In this document: positions 1 to 9,531 of the stretch, one piece after another
How positions within the stretch are numbered: the first letter of the stretch is position 1
How the letters are laid out: each line of letters starts with the position of its first letter
Sequence record: AP017925.1
Strand: one strand, 5' to 3'
Length of the DNA: 64,000 nucleotides
Translations under genes and position numbers: made by a program
The notes under the pieces: generated by a model
Told to the model about the DNA's origin: nothing
Databases searched by the model: none
The model's input: the letters and a program-made list of their open reading frames with translations, nothing else

Positions 1-2
1 AC

Positions 3-38
3 GAGAGAGGAGGCGAATGCCTCCTCTCTCTATGCCGC
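3..38. terminator. Hairpin with TATGCCGC flank
   Basis: GAGAGAGGAGGC-gaat-GCCTCCTCTCTC-TATGCCGC; Nudix stop codon lies in the flank. Confidence 0.7.
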
Positions 39-452
39 TATGGTAATGCGGCTGGGTACAAAACCCTTTTCCACCAGAGATTTCAACGGCGGAAAGAGAT
101 TCTCAGGCAACTTATCCCATTCGAACCAACGCCATTCCTCACACTTGTTGGGTTCGCACACCACTGGGTCACCTTTCAGGAAATAGGTCTCCACAAAGTG
201 CGTTCTCCAGAGTGTATTGGTTTCCTCGAAGAAATCCTCGGTAACTATTTGGACTTCTCGCACAATACCAGCTTCCATACTGGTTTCTTCCGTGAGTTCG
301 CGAGCGCCACACATCACGGTCGTTTCACCAGCTTCTGGTTTACCGCCAGGAAGTCCCCACGTACCTGCTCCGTGGGAACCCAGTCGTTTACCCAGCAAAA
401 CGCGATTGTTGCGCGTTACGAGTACGGCCACGCCATCTTTTACAGTAGTCAT
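30..452 (-). CDS. Nudix (MutT-like) hydrolase
   Basis: Nudix box GGKPEAGETTVMCGARELTEETSM, preceded by VAVLVTRNNRVLLGKR..GTWGLPGG. Confidence 0.93.
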   Translation of the reverse strand: MTTVKDGVAVLVTRNNRVLLGKRLGSHGAGTWGLPGGKPEAGETTVMCGARELTEETSMEAGIVREVQIVTEDFFEETNTLWRTHFVETYFLKGDPVVCEPNKCEEWRWFEWDKLPENLFPPLKSLVEKGFVPSRITIAA

Positions 453-500
453 GTTCTTCCTTCAGCACAAAGACGGGATTTCTCCCGCCTCTATGCCGCT

Positions 501-2687
501 TTAGTGGTAATCGCTCGCCAGTTCCGTGATCTTGTCATCCAGGCAGTAGTAGCCCAGCGTTTCGAGGATCAGGTAGAACACCGCGGTACAGTCAAGCACG
601 GTACGACGCAAGTCCATCGCCAGAACGATTTCAGATGGCACACCGTGAACAGCAAGACGCTGCTGCGGAAGCAGGAACGTCGAGATGGCCTTCTTGCCGG
701 ATTCTGCGAAGAATCCTTCCAGCTCGGTACGGATATGCTTGTCTTCGATCTTTTCCAGCCACGACCTGATCGCTCTCTGGTTCGGCAGATACACCGGCAC
801 CTTGAACACGGCATACGGAGGTTCGTCCATATGGCCGTACTTGTCGGCGAAGATGCGTTCCCAGAGCTTGTAATGCACGTACGGCGACTGATCTTCTTCC
901 TTGGTATAAGAACCCTTGGATTTGATCTGCTGCGAACGGAAGTACGTGGAATCACCAGCAATTGCAGCTGCGATGATATCACGTTCGATCTGAGCGACTT
1001 GTTCGAGTTTCTCGGCAATGGAGATTTGCTCACCACGAGCAGCGGCGTCCATGATGTCTTTCATCATCTGTTCCGCTTTCTTCATCACCAAGCCCGGCAC
1101 GTTGGAAGACTTCAGGTGAACACCCTTGATCTCCATATCGTACTCGATGAACAAGTTACCTTCCTGGCAGCCAATGTACGCATAGTAGTGCTTGCCTACC
1201 TGTGTCGGAACGAATACGTCAAACTTGAACTCGTTCTTCATGGCTACTTGGTGGATACGCTCAGTCTCGATACCGAAGTTTGCCGACATACGCGCTAGGA
1301 TGTGGGTAATCGCTTCTGCAGCCAAGAAAATCATCGTGGCAGCAACGCGGTTAGTCTCATCATCCACGAGCATCTTGCCGGTCTTCCATTCCACCCAGTC
1401 TTGCACGGTGAAAATGGTCGAGTCAGTATCAGACGTCAACGCAGCTCGGCGAATCGAGGTCGGGAAGAACGCTAGCGAAGCCGGAACGTTAGCTGTGACA
1501 AAGAAACACTCGATAAAGCTGCGATGCTCCAAGATCACCTTGTCGATGTTCTGACAAGTCGCGCCCAGATGGCTGAGCTTGATCCGGTCCGCTTCCTTGC
1601 GCTCCAGTTCTTTCTCAGGATCTTCCGCCTTCTCATCCAGTTTCGGATTCAGCTTCTTCCAGTCCACGCCCGCCATATGTTCCGGCAGCAGCTGAGTAGC
1701 TAGCGGTACGTATTCTTCACGCAGGCTCTTGATAACCTTGAGCGGATCTTCGAAGTCACCATAGCTCGGAGACGACAGACCTTCGATGAAGTTTCGCACC
1801 ACACTGTCGTTATACATGGCGATATGGAACAAGTCACCAATGTACACGAAAGCAGCCCGCTCGATCGGGGTCAGCTTTTCCAGCAGTTCACGAATGATCG
1901 CTTCCTGCTTCTTGCTCTTCCAATAGAAGCGAGTCGAAAACAACACACACTCCATCGCCTGTTCCGGCGTCGGGTAGTGCATCGAATACTCGGCCATCAC
2001 GGCTTCAAGCTTCTTCAGGTCAGTGCGGTTCGCGATCGAGATGATGTTGTTGATCACGATCGTCGGATGGTGATAGTGTCGGTTACCTGACAGCATCTTC
2101 TCGTTGTTCGCGTTACCGTAACCAGAAGTCGACCGGCAGTTCGACGTCAGCGTCGAGTGCGAAGTCTTGTTGTGCAGTGGGGTCGAGGTAGAGACGTGAC
2201 CGCCGGAGATAGCGTTGTTCGCGATCTTGGCATTCGACTGCTCGGAGTTCTTGAACAGTTCGAGGTCGATGTTACCTGCCATCTTTGCTGCAAACATGGC
2301 CTTCTTCGCTTTACCGCGAATAGCCACGTTCTCATCCACGAATTCCACGAGGATCGATTGCTTTTCCTTCGGGTTCGTGTACGTCGTAAGAGTTGGAGCA
2401 ATCAGCTCTTGGTTGCGAATGGAATCGGTCAGATACCCGAGGAGCGTGCCTTCTTTCTCGACACGGTCTTCGTAGTTCTCCCGCTCCAGATATTTGATCT
2501 TCGGGTCCTTGAATTCGAACACACCACCAGGCTTCAGGTTATCCTTCACGAAAGCGGTGCACTTTTCGATTGGATCACCAGTCATGGTGGACAGAAACTT
2601 GGCGACATCTTGCACGTAGTGCTGCAAAAAGTTAATGTCTCTTTGGTAGTCCGGCTTGTCAAGAACGAATGGATTGGCGACTGTCAT
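501..2687 (-). CDS. Family B DNA polymerase catalytic subunit, phiKZ gp50-like (split polymerase)
   Basis: 728 aa; SDTDSTIF catalytic motif, KIANNAISG region B, K-Y-YA and KGVHLKSS motifs; N-terminus NPF..DKPDYQRDIN typical of phiKZ-like polymerases. Confidence 0.9.
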   Translation of the reverse strand: MTVANPFVLDKPDYQRDINFLQHYVQDVAKFLSTMTGDPIEKCTAFVKDNLKPGGVFEFKDPKIKYLERENYEDRVEKEGTLLGYLTDSIRNQELIAPTLTTYTNPKEKQSILVEFVDENVAIRGKAKKAMFAAKMAGNIDLELFKNSEQSNAKIANNAISGGHVSTSTPLHNKTSHSTLTSNCRSTSGYGNANNEKMLSGNRHYHHPTIVINNIISIANRTDLKKLEAVMAEYSMHYPTPEQAMECVLFSTRFYWKSKKQEAIIRELLEKLTPIERAAFVYIGDLFHIAMYNDSVVRNFIEGLSSPSYGDFEDPLKVIKSLREEYVPLATQLLPEHMAGVDWKKLNPKLDEKAEDPEKELERKEADRIKLSHLGATCQNIDKVILEHRSFIECFFVTANVPASLAFFPTSIRRAALTSDTDSTIFTVQDWVEWKTGKMLVDDETNRVAATMIFLAAEAITHILARMSANFGIETERIHQVAMKNEFKFDVFVPTQVGKHYYAYIGCQEGNLFIEYDMEIKGVHLKSSNVPGLVMKKAEQMMKDIMDAAARGEQISIAEKLEQVAQIERDIIAAAIAGDSTYFRSQQIKSKGSYTKEEDQSPYVHYKLWERIFADKYGHMDEPPYAVFKVPVYLPNQRAIRSWLEKIEDKHIRTELEGFFAESGKKAISTFLLPQQRLAVHGVPSEIVLAMDLRRTVLDCTAVFYLILETLGYYCLDDKITELASDYH

Positions 2688-2788
2688 TTGTTCTCAGGCG
2701 ATGTTTGTGGAGTCAAATAGATGCGATGGGAAAATAAAAAAGGGATTGGAGGGTGGTAGGCGGCCGTAGCCGCCCACCGCGAGGAAGG

Positions 2789-3235
2789 TTATCCTTTCGG
2801 AAAGAACACACGCCATTGGTCTTTGAGGTAGACCAGCAAAGCGCGGAACTTTGCTTGGAAACGACCGTGACGGAAACGCTTACGGATATAACGCGGCTGT
2901 TCTCGCAGATTACCGTTAGCAATAAGGCTATCGATCACGTCAAGATCTGTTTTCGGGTCAGGCGATCCTCCACTATTGAACTTGACGCGCAAGCCGTAGA
3001 GAAGATCGTCACCGGCGCACGTGTAACGCACTTGAATCTCGGGTTCGCCTCGTCCAGTGTCGCATTCGATCACTGCGATATGCAGGAAGTCATTCCCTAC
3101 CGGCAAAATATAGAAGCGATCACTGATCACGTCGTAATCACCGAATTCCTTACGCAGATGGTGCAGAACGATGAAGTGAACGATGAGATAGAACCCTTTG
3201 TCCCTGAGGGTCTGACAGACTTCTTTGAAAGTCAT
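2789..3235 (-). CDS. Hypothetical protein
   Basis: 148 aa; NNC/CTG codon usage matches the genome; AGGA just upstream of ATG; preferred over the overlapping + frame. Confidence 0.7.
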   Translation of the reverse strand: MTFKEVCQTLRDKGFYLIVHFIVLHHLRKEFGDYDVISDRFYILPVGNDFLHIAVIECDTGRGEPEIQVRYTCAGDDLLYGLRVKFNSGGSPDPKTDLDVIDSLIANGNLREQPRYIRKRFRHGRFQAKFRALLVYLKDQWRVFFPKG

Positions 3236-3259
3236 GGCTTTGTCCTAAAAAATGAATAG

Positions 3260-3640
3260 CGGCATAAGACCGGGAGAGACCGGGTCACTCTCCCAGTCTC
3301 TCCACGGCCCCAGAGGCGCTCCACAACAACAGTAACAACCGCCTAGACAAATCTGGCATGGAGAGTGCGAGTCTCCACGGATCTATCTAACCACCACGGG
3401 TGTCCTCCCACGTTCTTCGCGCTCGTGAGAATCGATAGATTATCAGACAGTTGTCAGTCGCAGGCTTCACCACAAAGCCAAACGCTACGCCTTAAAGGAA
3501 AGAAACGACGTAACGCTAAACAGGTTCGACCAAGACCTGCTTTTCTGCATACCATGTACCACAAAATAAAAAATTACTAAATGTCACAATGACAACATAA
3601 AACCTACTAGATAGCAGACCTTACAGATCTGTTTCTCTAG
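3260..3640 (-). ncRNA. Candidate early non-coding RNA
   Basis: About 370 nt between a CATATTAC motif and a terminator, with no SD-led ORF and several stems. Confidence 0.3.
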
Positions 3641-3643
3641 TAG

Positions 3644-3651
3644 GTAATATG
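3644..3651 (-). promoter_or_regulatory. Early-type promoter motif CATATTAC
   Basis: One base from the phiKZ early consensus TATATTAC; TTTCA-N4 upstream. Confidence 0.6.
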
Positions 3652-3672
3652 GGCTTGAAACTTCTTTGAGAC

Positions 3673-5490
3673 TTACAGCGAGGCAATCGACTGATCGACG
3701 TACTTCATGATCGAGACGAATACTCGCCACTCACGCTGACAGATGGTGTCGTACAGCGAACCGCTGGTCGATTCATGCGCGTAAATCGCATTGATCGCCA
3801 TATGCTGTTCGTCATTCATCATGTCCCACAAATGGCGTACCGGACGATCGAATTCGAAGAAAGAGTCCTCATCGAGTGTTTGGTCATCCAGCGAACCTTT
3901 CAGCGACGGGTAGCCGCTTTCCATGGTGATGAATTCAAATGCAGCGGTGAGGATTTCCCGCAGCTGCTCGACACTCTGGGCCTTCGGCATAGCAACCGGC
4001 ACCGGATTGCTGTAGTCGATGTCGTAATAGACAATGCCGGTTTTACCATATGTCAGCTGCTTCATCTGTCCAGGATTGCCGCCGATCCAGCCATCATACT
4101 TGCTGGATTCTTCATGGAACGTATTCCATGCATTGGCAGCACGCGCACGTTGCGCGTTAGCCACCAGCGGCTTCATCGCTTCATCCAGCACTTCCTGCGG
4201 CAGATCACCTTGACGATCCATCGCAGCGACTACAGTCTTCTCGAAACGTTCGATCAGCGGCTTAACGATGCGAGCAAACTGTACTGCACTCTTGATCATG
4301 CGATCATTTACCGTCGTAGCTTCTTTCCACGTCTTGGAAAGTGCGCGAGCGATTTCATTCGGATTAGGGCTGTGTCCGTTGATCGAAAGGATCAAGCCGG
4401 CGTCAGTACCGAAGCTCTTGCCTGTCAGCTGGAAGGATTCCGGGGATTTCAAGAAGCTATTGCAGTGTGCTAGGGCGCGCTGCATGTCGAACTTGTACAG
4501 CGACTCATCGCTGCTTTGCCGGGGCTTCTTACCCTTGAAGATGTCGAAGAAACCTTCCGTGGCCGGTTGACGTGTCACCAGTCTCTTGTCGAACATGGCG
4601 ATGTACAAACCGCAAATGGTCGGCCCGATCGAATACGAAAGTCCTTGGGCGAGATCAGAAACCTCGTAACCACCTTGACCAGTAAACAGATTGTTGAAGA
4701 TTTCGTCACCGTACTTCAGCTCGTCATACTCGATGCCATCTGCAACCGCATCCCAATAAGCGATGTAGTTATCGGACGCGATCTTATCGGCTTCGGCAAT
4801 AATCGACATCAAATCACGAATGGCGTCTGCGAATTCCTTAGCATTGTGCTCGTCGGGCGCGATGATTTCACCGTCCGTTTCCACGCGAGGGAAAACGGTG
4901 AATTCTTCATGATTCAGGTTCTTGAAGTTGAACGGCCAAGTGTACTGGTTATCGTAACCCAGTGCCGGCAATGGCTTCTTACACTGCTGCTGAGTACGGC
5001 CAACGGCCGAACCAGCCAGCTGTTTGGCATGAGCTTCCCAGAACTTGTCGAGGGCAGCGTTGTCCTTGATCTCCTGGGCTTGTTTTGTCAGCTTACGACG
5101 CAGCTCGGTAAAGGGCTTCTCACGCGAAACGATAGCCTTAACGGCATCGAGCATGCCGCGAGCAGCATAAGCTATATCTCGCGGGCGAGTGAGTGCCTTG
5201 CCATTCACGTTGGCGTACTTGAGTACAGCCACCTTAATGGTGCCGGAACCATCGACGAGATTCTTCTTCACCCAGTCCGGATTATCGTAGGTACGACGCA
5301 GATCGTTCTCAAGGTCTTTCGACAAGAGTGAGGAGTTGTGGTATTTGCTGTTGTTCAGCATTTCCACACGCTCTTCCTCTGGCGTTTTCTTAACGAAGAT
5401 CTTCTTGATCGCGTCGATGAAACCTTCACAGGCCGGGCCGTACGAGCCAGCATCAATGTCGAATTGGCTAGGAATGCTCAGGATTTTCAT
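3673..5490 (-). CDS. Putative internal head (ejection) protein with two A-x-E/GF cleavage motifs
   Basis: Start at 5490 directly follows the upstream stop; PACE-GFIDAIK near the N-terminus and PATE-GFFDIFK mid-protein resemble S/A/G-x-E prohead protease sites. Confidence 0.65.
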   Translation of the reverse strand: MKILSIPSQFDIDAGSYGPACEGFIDAIKKIFVKKTPEEERVEMLNNSKYHNSSLLSKDLENDLRRTYDNPDWVKKNLVDGSGTIKVAVLKYANVNGKALTRPRDIAYAARGMLDAVKAIVSREKPFTELRRKLTKQAQEIKDNAALDKFWEAHAKQLAGSAVGRTQQQCKKPLPALGYDNQYTWPFNFKNLNHEEFTVFPRVETDGEIIAPDEHNAKEFADAIRDLMSIIAEADKIASDNYIAYWDAVADGIEYDELKYGDEIFNNLFTGQGGYEVSDLAQGLSYSIGPTICGLYIAMFDKRLVTRQPATEGFFDIFKGKKPRQSSDESLYKFDMQRALAHCNSFLKSPESFQLTGKSFGTDAGLILSINGHSPNPNEIARALSKTWKEATTVNDRMIKSAVQFARIVKPLIERFEKTVVAAMDRQGDLPQEVLDEAMKPLVANAQRARAANAWNTFHEESSKYDGWIGGNPGQMKQLTYGKTGIVYYDIDYSNPVPVAMPKAQSVEQLREILTAAFEFITMESGYPSLKGSLDDQTLDEDSFFEFDRPVRHLWDMMNDEQHMAINAIYAHESTSGSLYDTICQREWRVFVSIMKYVDQSIASL

Positions 5491-5491
5491 A

Positions 5492-5899
5492 TCAGTTGTT
5501 TCCAGCGATGGAAAGGGAGATCTTGTCATAACCGTTCTGACTCAGACAAGCGCGGATGCGTTCGAGGTCACCGCTACCGACGCCATCAATGACGACGTTG
5601 ATCTGGAGCGATTCAACCAACTCGATGGTTTCCTCGATGATCCAAGGAATACCGATAACGGTGGAATCCCCACCATCAGTGCGCAACAGCAGATAGTCGA
5701 AGTCCTGCGGACGATTCGGTGTGCCGGCTGGCAGACTAGGGAAAACGTTGATGTGGAGTGCAGCCAGATCCGCCAGACCGAGCGCAGTCTGGTAGTCGAG
5801 AATGGCTTGCACGGTAACATTCTTGAAGCCCGTGCCAAGGATGGCGCTCGGGTACACGTCGAAGGAGTAAACCTTACGAGTTTGGAAAGGGTAGGCCAT
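5492..5899 (-). CDS. Conserved phiKZ-like small protein, probable virion component
   Basis: 135 aa; VYSFDVYPSAILG..FKNV pattern recalled from phiKZ-like phages; abuts the head protein gene. Confidence 0.6.
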   Translation of the reverse strand: MAYPFQTRKVYSFDVYPSAILGTGFKNVTVQAILDYQTALGLADLAALHINVFPSLPAGTPNRPQDFDYLLLRTDGGDSTVIGIPWIIEETIELVESLQINVVIDGVGSGDLERIRACLSQNGYDKISLSIAGNN

Positions 5900-5969
5900 G
5901 GCGATTTGGAGTCCGTAATAAGAGACATAAAATTGCCACGAACTCCGCTACACGGCAAAAAAAAAAAGA

Positions 5970-6007
5970 CGGCATAAAACGAGAGGGATGCTGATGCATC
6001 CCTCTCG
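5970..6007 (-). terminator. Intrinsic terminator with TTTTATGCCG tail
   Basis: 12-bp stem immediately after the 6009 stop. Confidence 0.8.
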
Positions 6008-6008
6008 C

Positions 6009-6389
6009 TCACACGAACAGAACCGAATCATTTTTAATCAACATCTTTTTATACCCTTGCGCGTAGAAGTAATCGTAGATGTTGTAATCGATCAGTAGGA
6101 GGTTGAAATCCTGACAGAGATCGTTGAACACCTTGGCTACGTATGCGCGTGATACGGGGTCGTTGAGGTGCAGCTCGTCGAGAAGCTCTGCACTGGGAAA
6201 CACGTGGGACTCGTTGTCGAAGTACGCACATTGTCTCCAGTTCTCGAACATCTCTTCGAGCATTCGGTTAAAGTACAAGACACTGATCGGTTTGGGTAAA
6301 ATAATGCGCTCTATGGCCCGCTTGCACTTCAGGATAGGTGTACGCAGGCTGAGCGATAACGGCTGGTCGGATGGGTGGGAGATTTGCAT
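6009..6389 (-). CDS. Hypothetical protein (start 6389 or 6263)
   Basis: ORF ends directly at the 5970-6007 terminator; start uncertain because of overlap with the upstream gene. Confidence 0.6.
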   Translation of the reverse strand: MQISHPSDQPLSLSLRTPILKCKRAIERIILPKPISVLYFNRMLEEMFENWRQCAYFDNESHVFPSAELLDELHLNDPVSRAYVAKVFNDLCQDFNLLLIDYNIYDYFYAQGYKKMLIKNDSVLFV

Positions 6390-6882
6390 CTATAATGATC
6401 TTTGACAAAAACAAGTATCGACCACTAACTAATCGGTAGAACTCGTAGGGGAAAAGGTCAGCATTAAATTTCGCGACCATGTCAAATCTCGCCAAGAGAA
6501 AGTCACAAATGCACTTGATACCAGCTACCAGCGCATTCACTTCCGTCGAACCGGAATCAACCAGAACCTGGTCGAGCAGCTCCATGCGGAACGCTTCCAA
6601 GTTCAGCCCATAATTGCTACGCTTACTGATCAGTTCCAAAGCTTTCTGCACACACAATTCATGCGGAGCGGCAAACTCCTGCAAGTTGTTGGTATACATG
6701 GACAGATTGTTCAAGGGTTCTGCCAAATCCAAACTTACGACATTTGGCAACATCGGATCAGTAGAGAAGCCGCCTACGAGTTCATCGCTCGCGCTATACA
6801 TGGATTGCATGTCAAATGCCTCTTCTCTGTATTCATAGACACCGCAGAGAAATAACTCTGCCGTCAAAGGAGTGGTATTCAT
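6268..6882 (-). CDS. Hypothetical protein with FPYEF motif
   Basis: ORF in a same-strand cluster; shares a C-terminal motif with its neighbour. Confidence 0.65.
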   Translation of the reverse strand: MNTTPLTAELFLCGVYEYREEAFDMQSMYSASDELVGGFSTDPMLPNVVSLDLAEPLNNLSMYTNNLQEFAAPHELCVQKALELISKRSNYGLNLEAFRMELLDQVLVDSGSTEVNALVAGIKCICDFLLARFDMVAKFNADLFPYEFYRLVSGRYLFLSKIIIDANLPPIRPAVIAQPAYTYPEVQAGHRAHYFTQTDQCLVL

Positions 6883-7228
6883 AGGGAAACTTCCCATTCA
6901 CGTCATATCGACCTTGGGTGACCAAAGTCGTGTGTAGGTAATGCGCAACTCTGTCACTTGCCACAGCGACGTGATCCATAAACCGTGATTGGTACTTCTG
7001 GAAAAGTTCCGGATCGCCGTGAGAGATGCAATAGTCGAAGTACCCGTTGGTGTTCAGCAGGTCACCGATCATGTCGGTCAAGTCCTCTGAGAACTTGTCT
7101 TCGTACTGCAGAGTTGCAATTAGATCGCTCATGAAGAAACCCTCACGAGCCCCTACAGAATCTAAGATCTTAAGCAGCTTTTTCAATTCGGGAGCTGCTG
7201 GCCCGGCGTGGATAATGGCCAGACTCAT
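6833..7228 (-). CDS. Hypothetical protein with FPYEY motif
   Basis: 131 aa; GAGG upstream; same-strand cluster. Confidence 0.7.
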   Translation of the reverse strand: MSLAIIHAGPAAPELKKLLKILDSVGAREGFFMSDLIATLQYEDKFSEDLTDMIGDLLNTNGYFDYCISHGDPELFQKYQSRFMDHVAVASDRVAHYLHTTLVTQGRYDVNGKFPYEYHSFDGRVISLRCL

Positions 7229-7234
7229 TGCTGC

Positions 7235-7669
7235 TCACCTCAACAGAAAAGTACCGGAGTCAAACTGGTAGTTGGAGGAAAGGCGCTTCACTTGGGAAAA
7301 AGGGTAGTCCGCAAAATCCTGATTCTCCTTTTTCGGCACTAAGTGGATCAATGATGTCTTAGCGTATCGGTAAATGTCAAAGGTTCGCCGGAAGAACTCA
7401 CGACGATCTATCTGGTATTTCTCCAAATCGATGGTGTTTTCATCGAACAGGATCTGATAGTAGGAGTCGAAGATCTCCACACACTGATCGAAGTAATCCA
7501 CCAGATCGTGATCGAGAACGTGTTGGAGAGCGAGTTCGAAGATCTGGCTCGATCCGCCACTCAGCTCGTTGAACTTGCTGAAATACGCTCTCTGGTCAGG
7601 CAGCTCGTAACGACCGCTGCTGCCAATCTGATTCGGATAACCTACGACGATGGCGTTGTTAGCGGTCAT
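7235..7669 (-). CDS. Hypothetical protein
   Basis: GAGGA SD before ATG 7669; the ORF-track start at 7699 is the ATG inside the TATGCCG element. Confidence 0.7.
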   Translation of the reverse strand: MTANNAIVVGYPNQIGSSGRYELPDQRAYFSKFNELSGGSSQIFELALQHVLDHDLVDYFDQCVEIFDSYYQILFDENTIDLEKYQIDRREFFRRTFDIYRYAKTSLIHLVPKKENQDFADYPFSQVKRLSSNYQFDSGTFLLR

Positions 7670-7692
7670 TGGGAATTCCTCTGCATGTTTTA

Positions 7693-7756
7693 GCGGCATA
7701 AAAGCACCGTCAGGGTAAGAAAGCCCCCAACGGTGTCTAGAATGCCTTTTATGCCG
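7693..7756. terminator. Symmetric CGGCATAAAAG-hairpin-CTTTTATGCCG element
   Basis: 11-bp outer inverted repeat enclosing an inner stem. Confidence 0.7.
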
Positions 7757-8272
7757 TTATTGCTGTTGCACTGCTGCCTTGAGCCACGACGGCAGGAAGT
7801 CGTGGCAAGCGGTGATTACAGCTCGACCATCCAATGGTGCAAGCACCACCGGAGAGACCAGACCTTGAAGCACCGGAGTGTAGACCACCAGTTCGCGCGT
7901 TGCCGGGAAGAACTTGTAGAGACACTCGCTCGGCTTGTGGGTGTAATCCGGTGTCACCTGCAGCAGTGTGGTTGTGATGGTGTCATTCATCGCCCAGAAG
8001 ATCTCGCCCATGAGGTCAGCGCAGTCTGCCATCGTCTTGGCATCGAACGGCGCTTCATTAACCCCATACGGGAAGACAATGGTGCGATCTTCCATCGTGA
8101 AGTGCGGCTGATTGGTGGTGAGCGCTTCCCCGTAAAAGTAGTCGCCCAACATCACGCGCAGTGTTTCACCCACGTCTACAACAGCGGGCCCGCCGATGAA
8201 CTCCTGAAACATGGCGTCCATTTCGGAAAGACGAAGGCGTTTTTCGTGGTATTGCGGAACTGCGGTCGTCAT
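7757..8272 (-). CDS. Hypothetical protein
   Basis: 171 aa; start overlaps the upstream stop (ATGA coupling). Confidence 0.7.
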   Translation of the reverse strand: MTTAVPQYHEKRLRLSEMDAMFQEFIGGPAVVDVGETLRVMLGDYFYGEALTTNQPHFTMEDRTIVFPYGVNEAPFDAKTMADCADLMGEIFWAMNDTITTTLLQVTPDYTHKPSECLYKFFPATRELVVYTPVLQGLVSPVVLAPLDGRAVITACHDFLPSWLKAAVQQQ

Positions 8273-9216
8273 TGATTAATTTCCCAATGCAAAATTCGGT
8301 AATCGCCGAGACTACTCACCGATACCTGGTTGTCATTCAGAACGGTAGCACAAAACACGTCGTAACCATGTTGTGGCTGTACGGAACGCTCTGCCAACGG
8401 CCGTATGGCAGGAAACTGAGCATTGACAATGCGCGCCAGTTTTACCGTCAGCTCGTTCAAGACGTACTGGATCTGATGGCGATCCCAGAAGTCCTGTGTG
8501 ATGACGTTCTCGTAATGCGAGCCACTGACATCGTAGAGCTTGAGCGCATCTTCACGAGTCATGCCTTCGCGGAACACCTGATGACGGAATGACGATTGCT
8601 CCGAACCAATCTCGGTCTGCAGATGCAACAGCTCTTCCGCTAGCTCTGGCACTTTGACAGCAACCAGCTTTTCAAGGCTAAGATGGAACTGCAAGAAATG
8701 CTGTGTCGGCTTGGGGTGAAGCTTCGACCACAGCTGATCCTCATTGAGGTAGACATTCAAGAAGTCTGCCACCAACTGGAAGAACTGCGGGTTAGGCATG
8801 TAAAAGTAGTCGAAACTACCAGCAGCCCAAGCATGATTCAGATGTGCCGCCGTGTAGTGCAGCGCAGGGCGTTCCATGCAATGGACTTCACCAGGCGTAG
8901 TCAGTTCGACGAATGGGTTGAAGGGCTGAATGGCTCCTTCAACATTAGCGTAGTAGGTCCAGTCCTCACGGAAGACGATCTTCTGATCCATCGTAGCCAT
9001 TACCTCCAGCTGCGGCTTGAAGTCCAGTACGTCTTCAAGCATGTCGCTGATTGCGGTAGCGATGTTCCTCAACGTTGTCACGGCCATGACATTGTTGAAT
9101 TTATCCAGTTTTTCGTCTCGGGCCAATAATGACACAATGTCGACGTAACTCAACATTGGATTCAAAAGCGAGGTCCCCGGACCCGATGTAAGGGAAGAGT
9201 TTGTTTGATCCGACAT
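8269..9216 (-). CDS. Hypothetical protein (start uncertain, 9216/9156/9087)
   Basis: Long ORF with genome-like codon usage; 5' end overlaps the upstream gene. Confidence 0.65.
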   Translation of the reverse strand: MSDQTNSSLTSGPGTSLLNPMLSYVDIVSLLARDEKLDKFNNVMAVTTLRNIATAISDMLEDVLDFKPQLEVMATMDQKIVFREDWTYYANVEGAIQPFNPFVELTTPGEVHCMERPALHYTAAHLNHAWAAGSFDYFYMPNPQFFQLVADFLNVYLNEDQLWSKLHPKPTQHFLQFHLSLEKLVAVKVPELAEELLHLQTEIGSEQSSFRHQVFREGMTREDALKLYDVSGSHYENVITQDFWDRHQIQYVLNELTVKLARIVNAQFPAIRPLAERSVQPQHGYDVFCATVLNDNQVSVSSLGDYRILHWEINQ

Positions 9217-9472
9217 CTTCTTGTATGGTGAATGTGTCATCGCCATCGCTCCGACGGTAATTCGAGCGTACGATCGCTGCGATAGACTCCATTCCCACCT
9301 CATACTCGGGGGTTAGGTCGACCAGCAGCACATCTTCGACCGCTCGGGCTATGATGTATTTGTTCCAAACTTCTAAGGGGATAGTCTCAGTATCCACACC
9401 GAGCTTTATCAGTTCTCGATGGATCTGCTGAAAAATCTCCTTAGCAGTGAAGACAATCGTGTGTTCAGACAT
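9101..9472 (-). CDS. Hypothetical protein
   Basis: 123 aa; first gene after the PhuZ terminator; GGAG upstream. Confidence 0.6.
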   Translation of the reverse strand: MSEHTIVFTAKEIFQQIHRELIKLGVDTETIPLEVWNKYIIARAVEDVLLVDLTPEYEVGMESIAAIVRSNYRRSDGDDTFTIQEDVGSNKLFPYIGSGDLAFESNVELRRHCVIIGPRRKTG

Positions 9473-9531
9473 GGGATGCTCCCTCGTCTAAGGTACAAAG
9501 AATTGCTGCTAGCAATAAAAAAGAACGCGAA

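Noticed and set aside
2753-3259. 168-aa + ORF ending just before a CGGCATAA element
   Set aside because: It is the in-frame antisense shadow of 2789-3235, which has the genome's NNC codon bias and an SD.
3523-3529. GGTTCGA T-loop-like motif
   Set aside because: No acceptor, D or anticodon arms; not a tRNA or tmRNA.
5957-5967. A11 homopolymer as a phase-variation site
   Set aside because: Intergenic; it extends the terminator U-tract and affects no reading frame.
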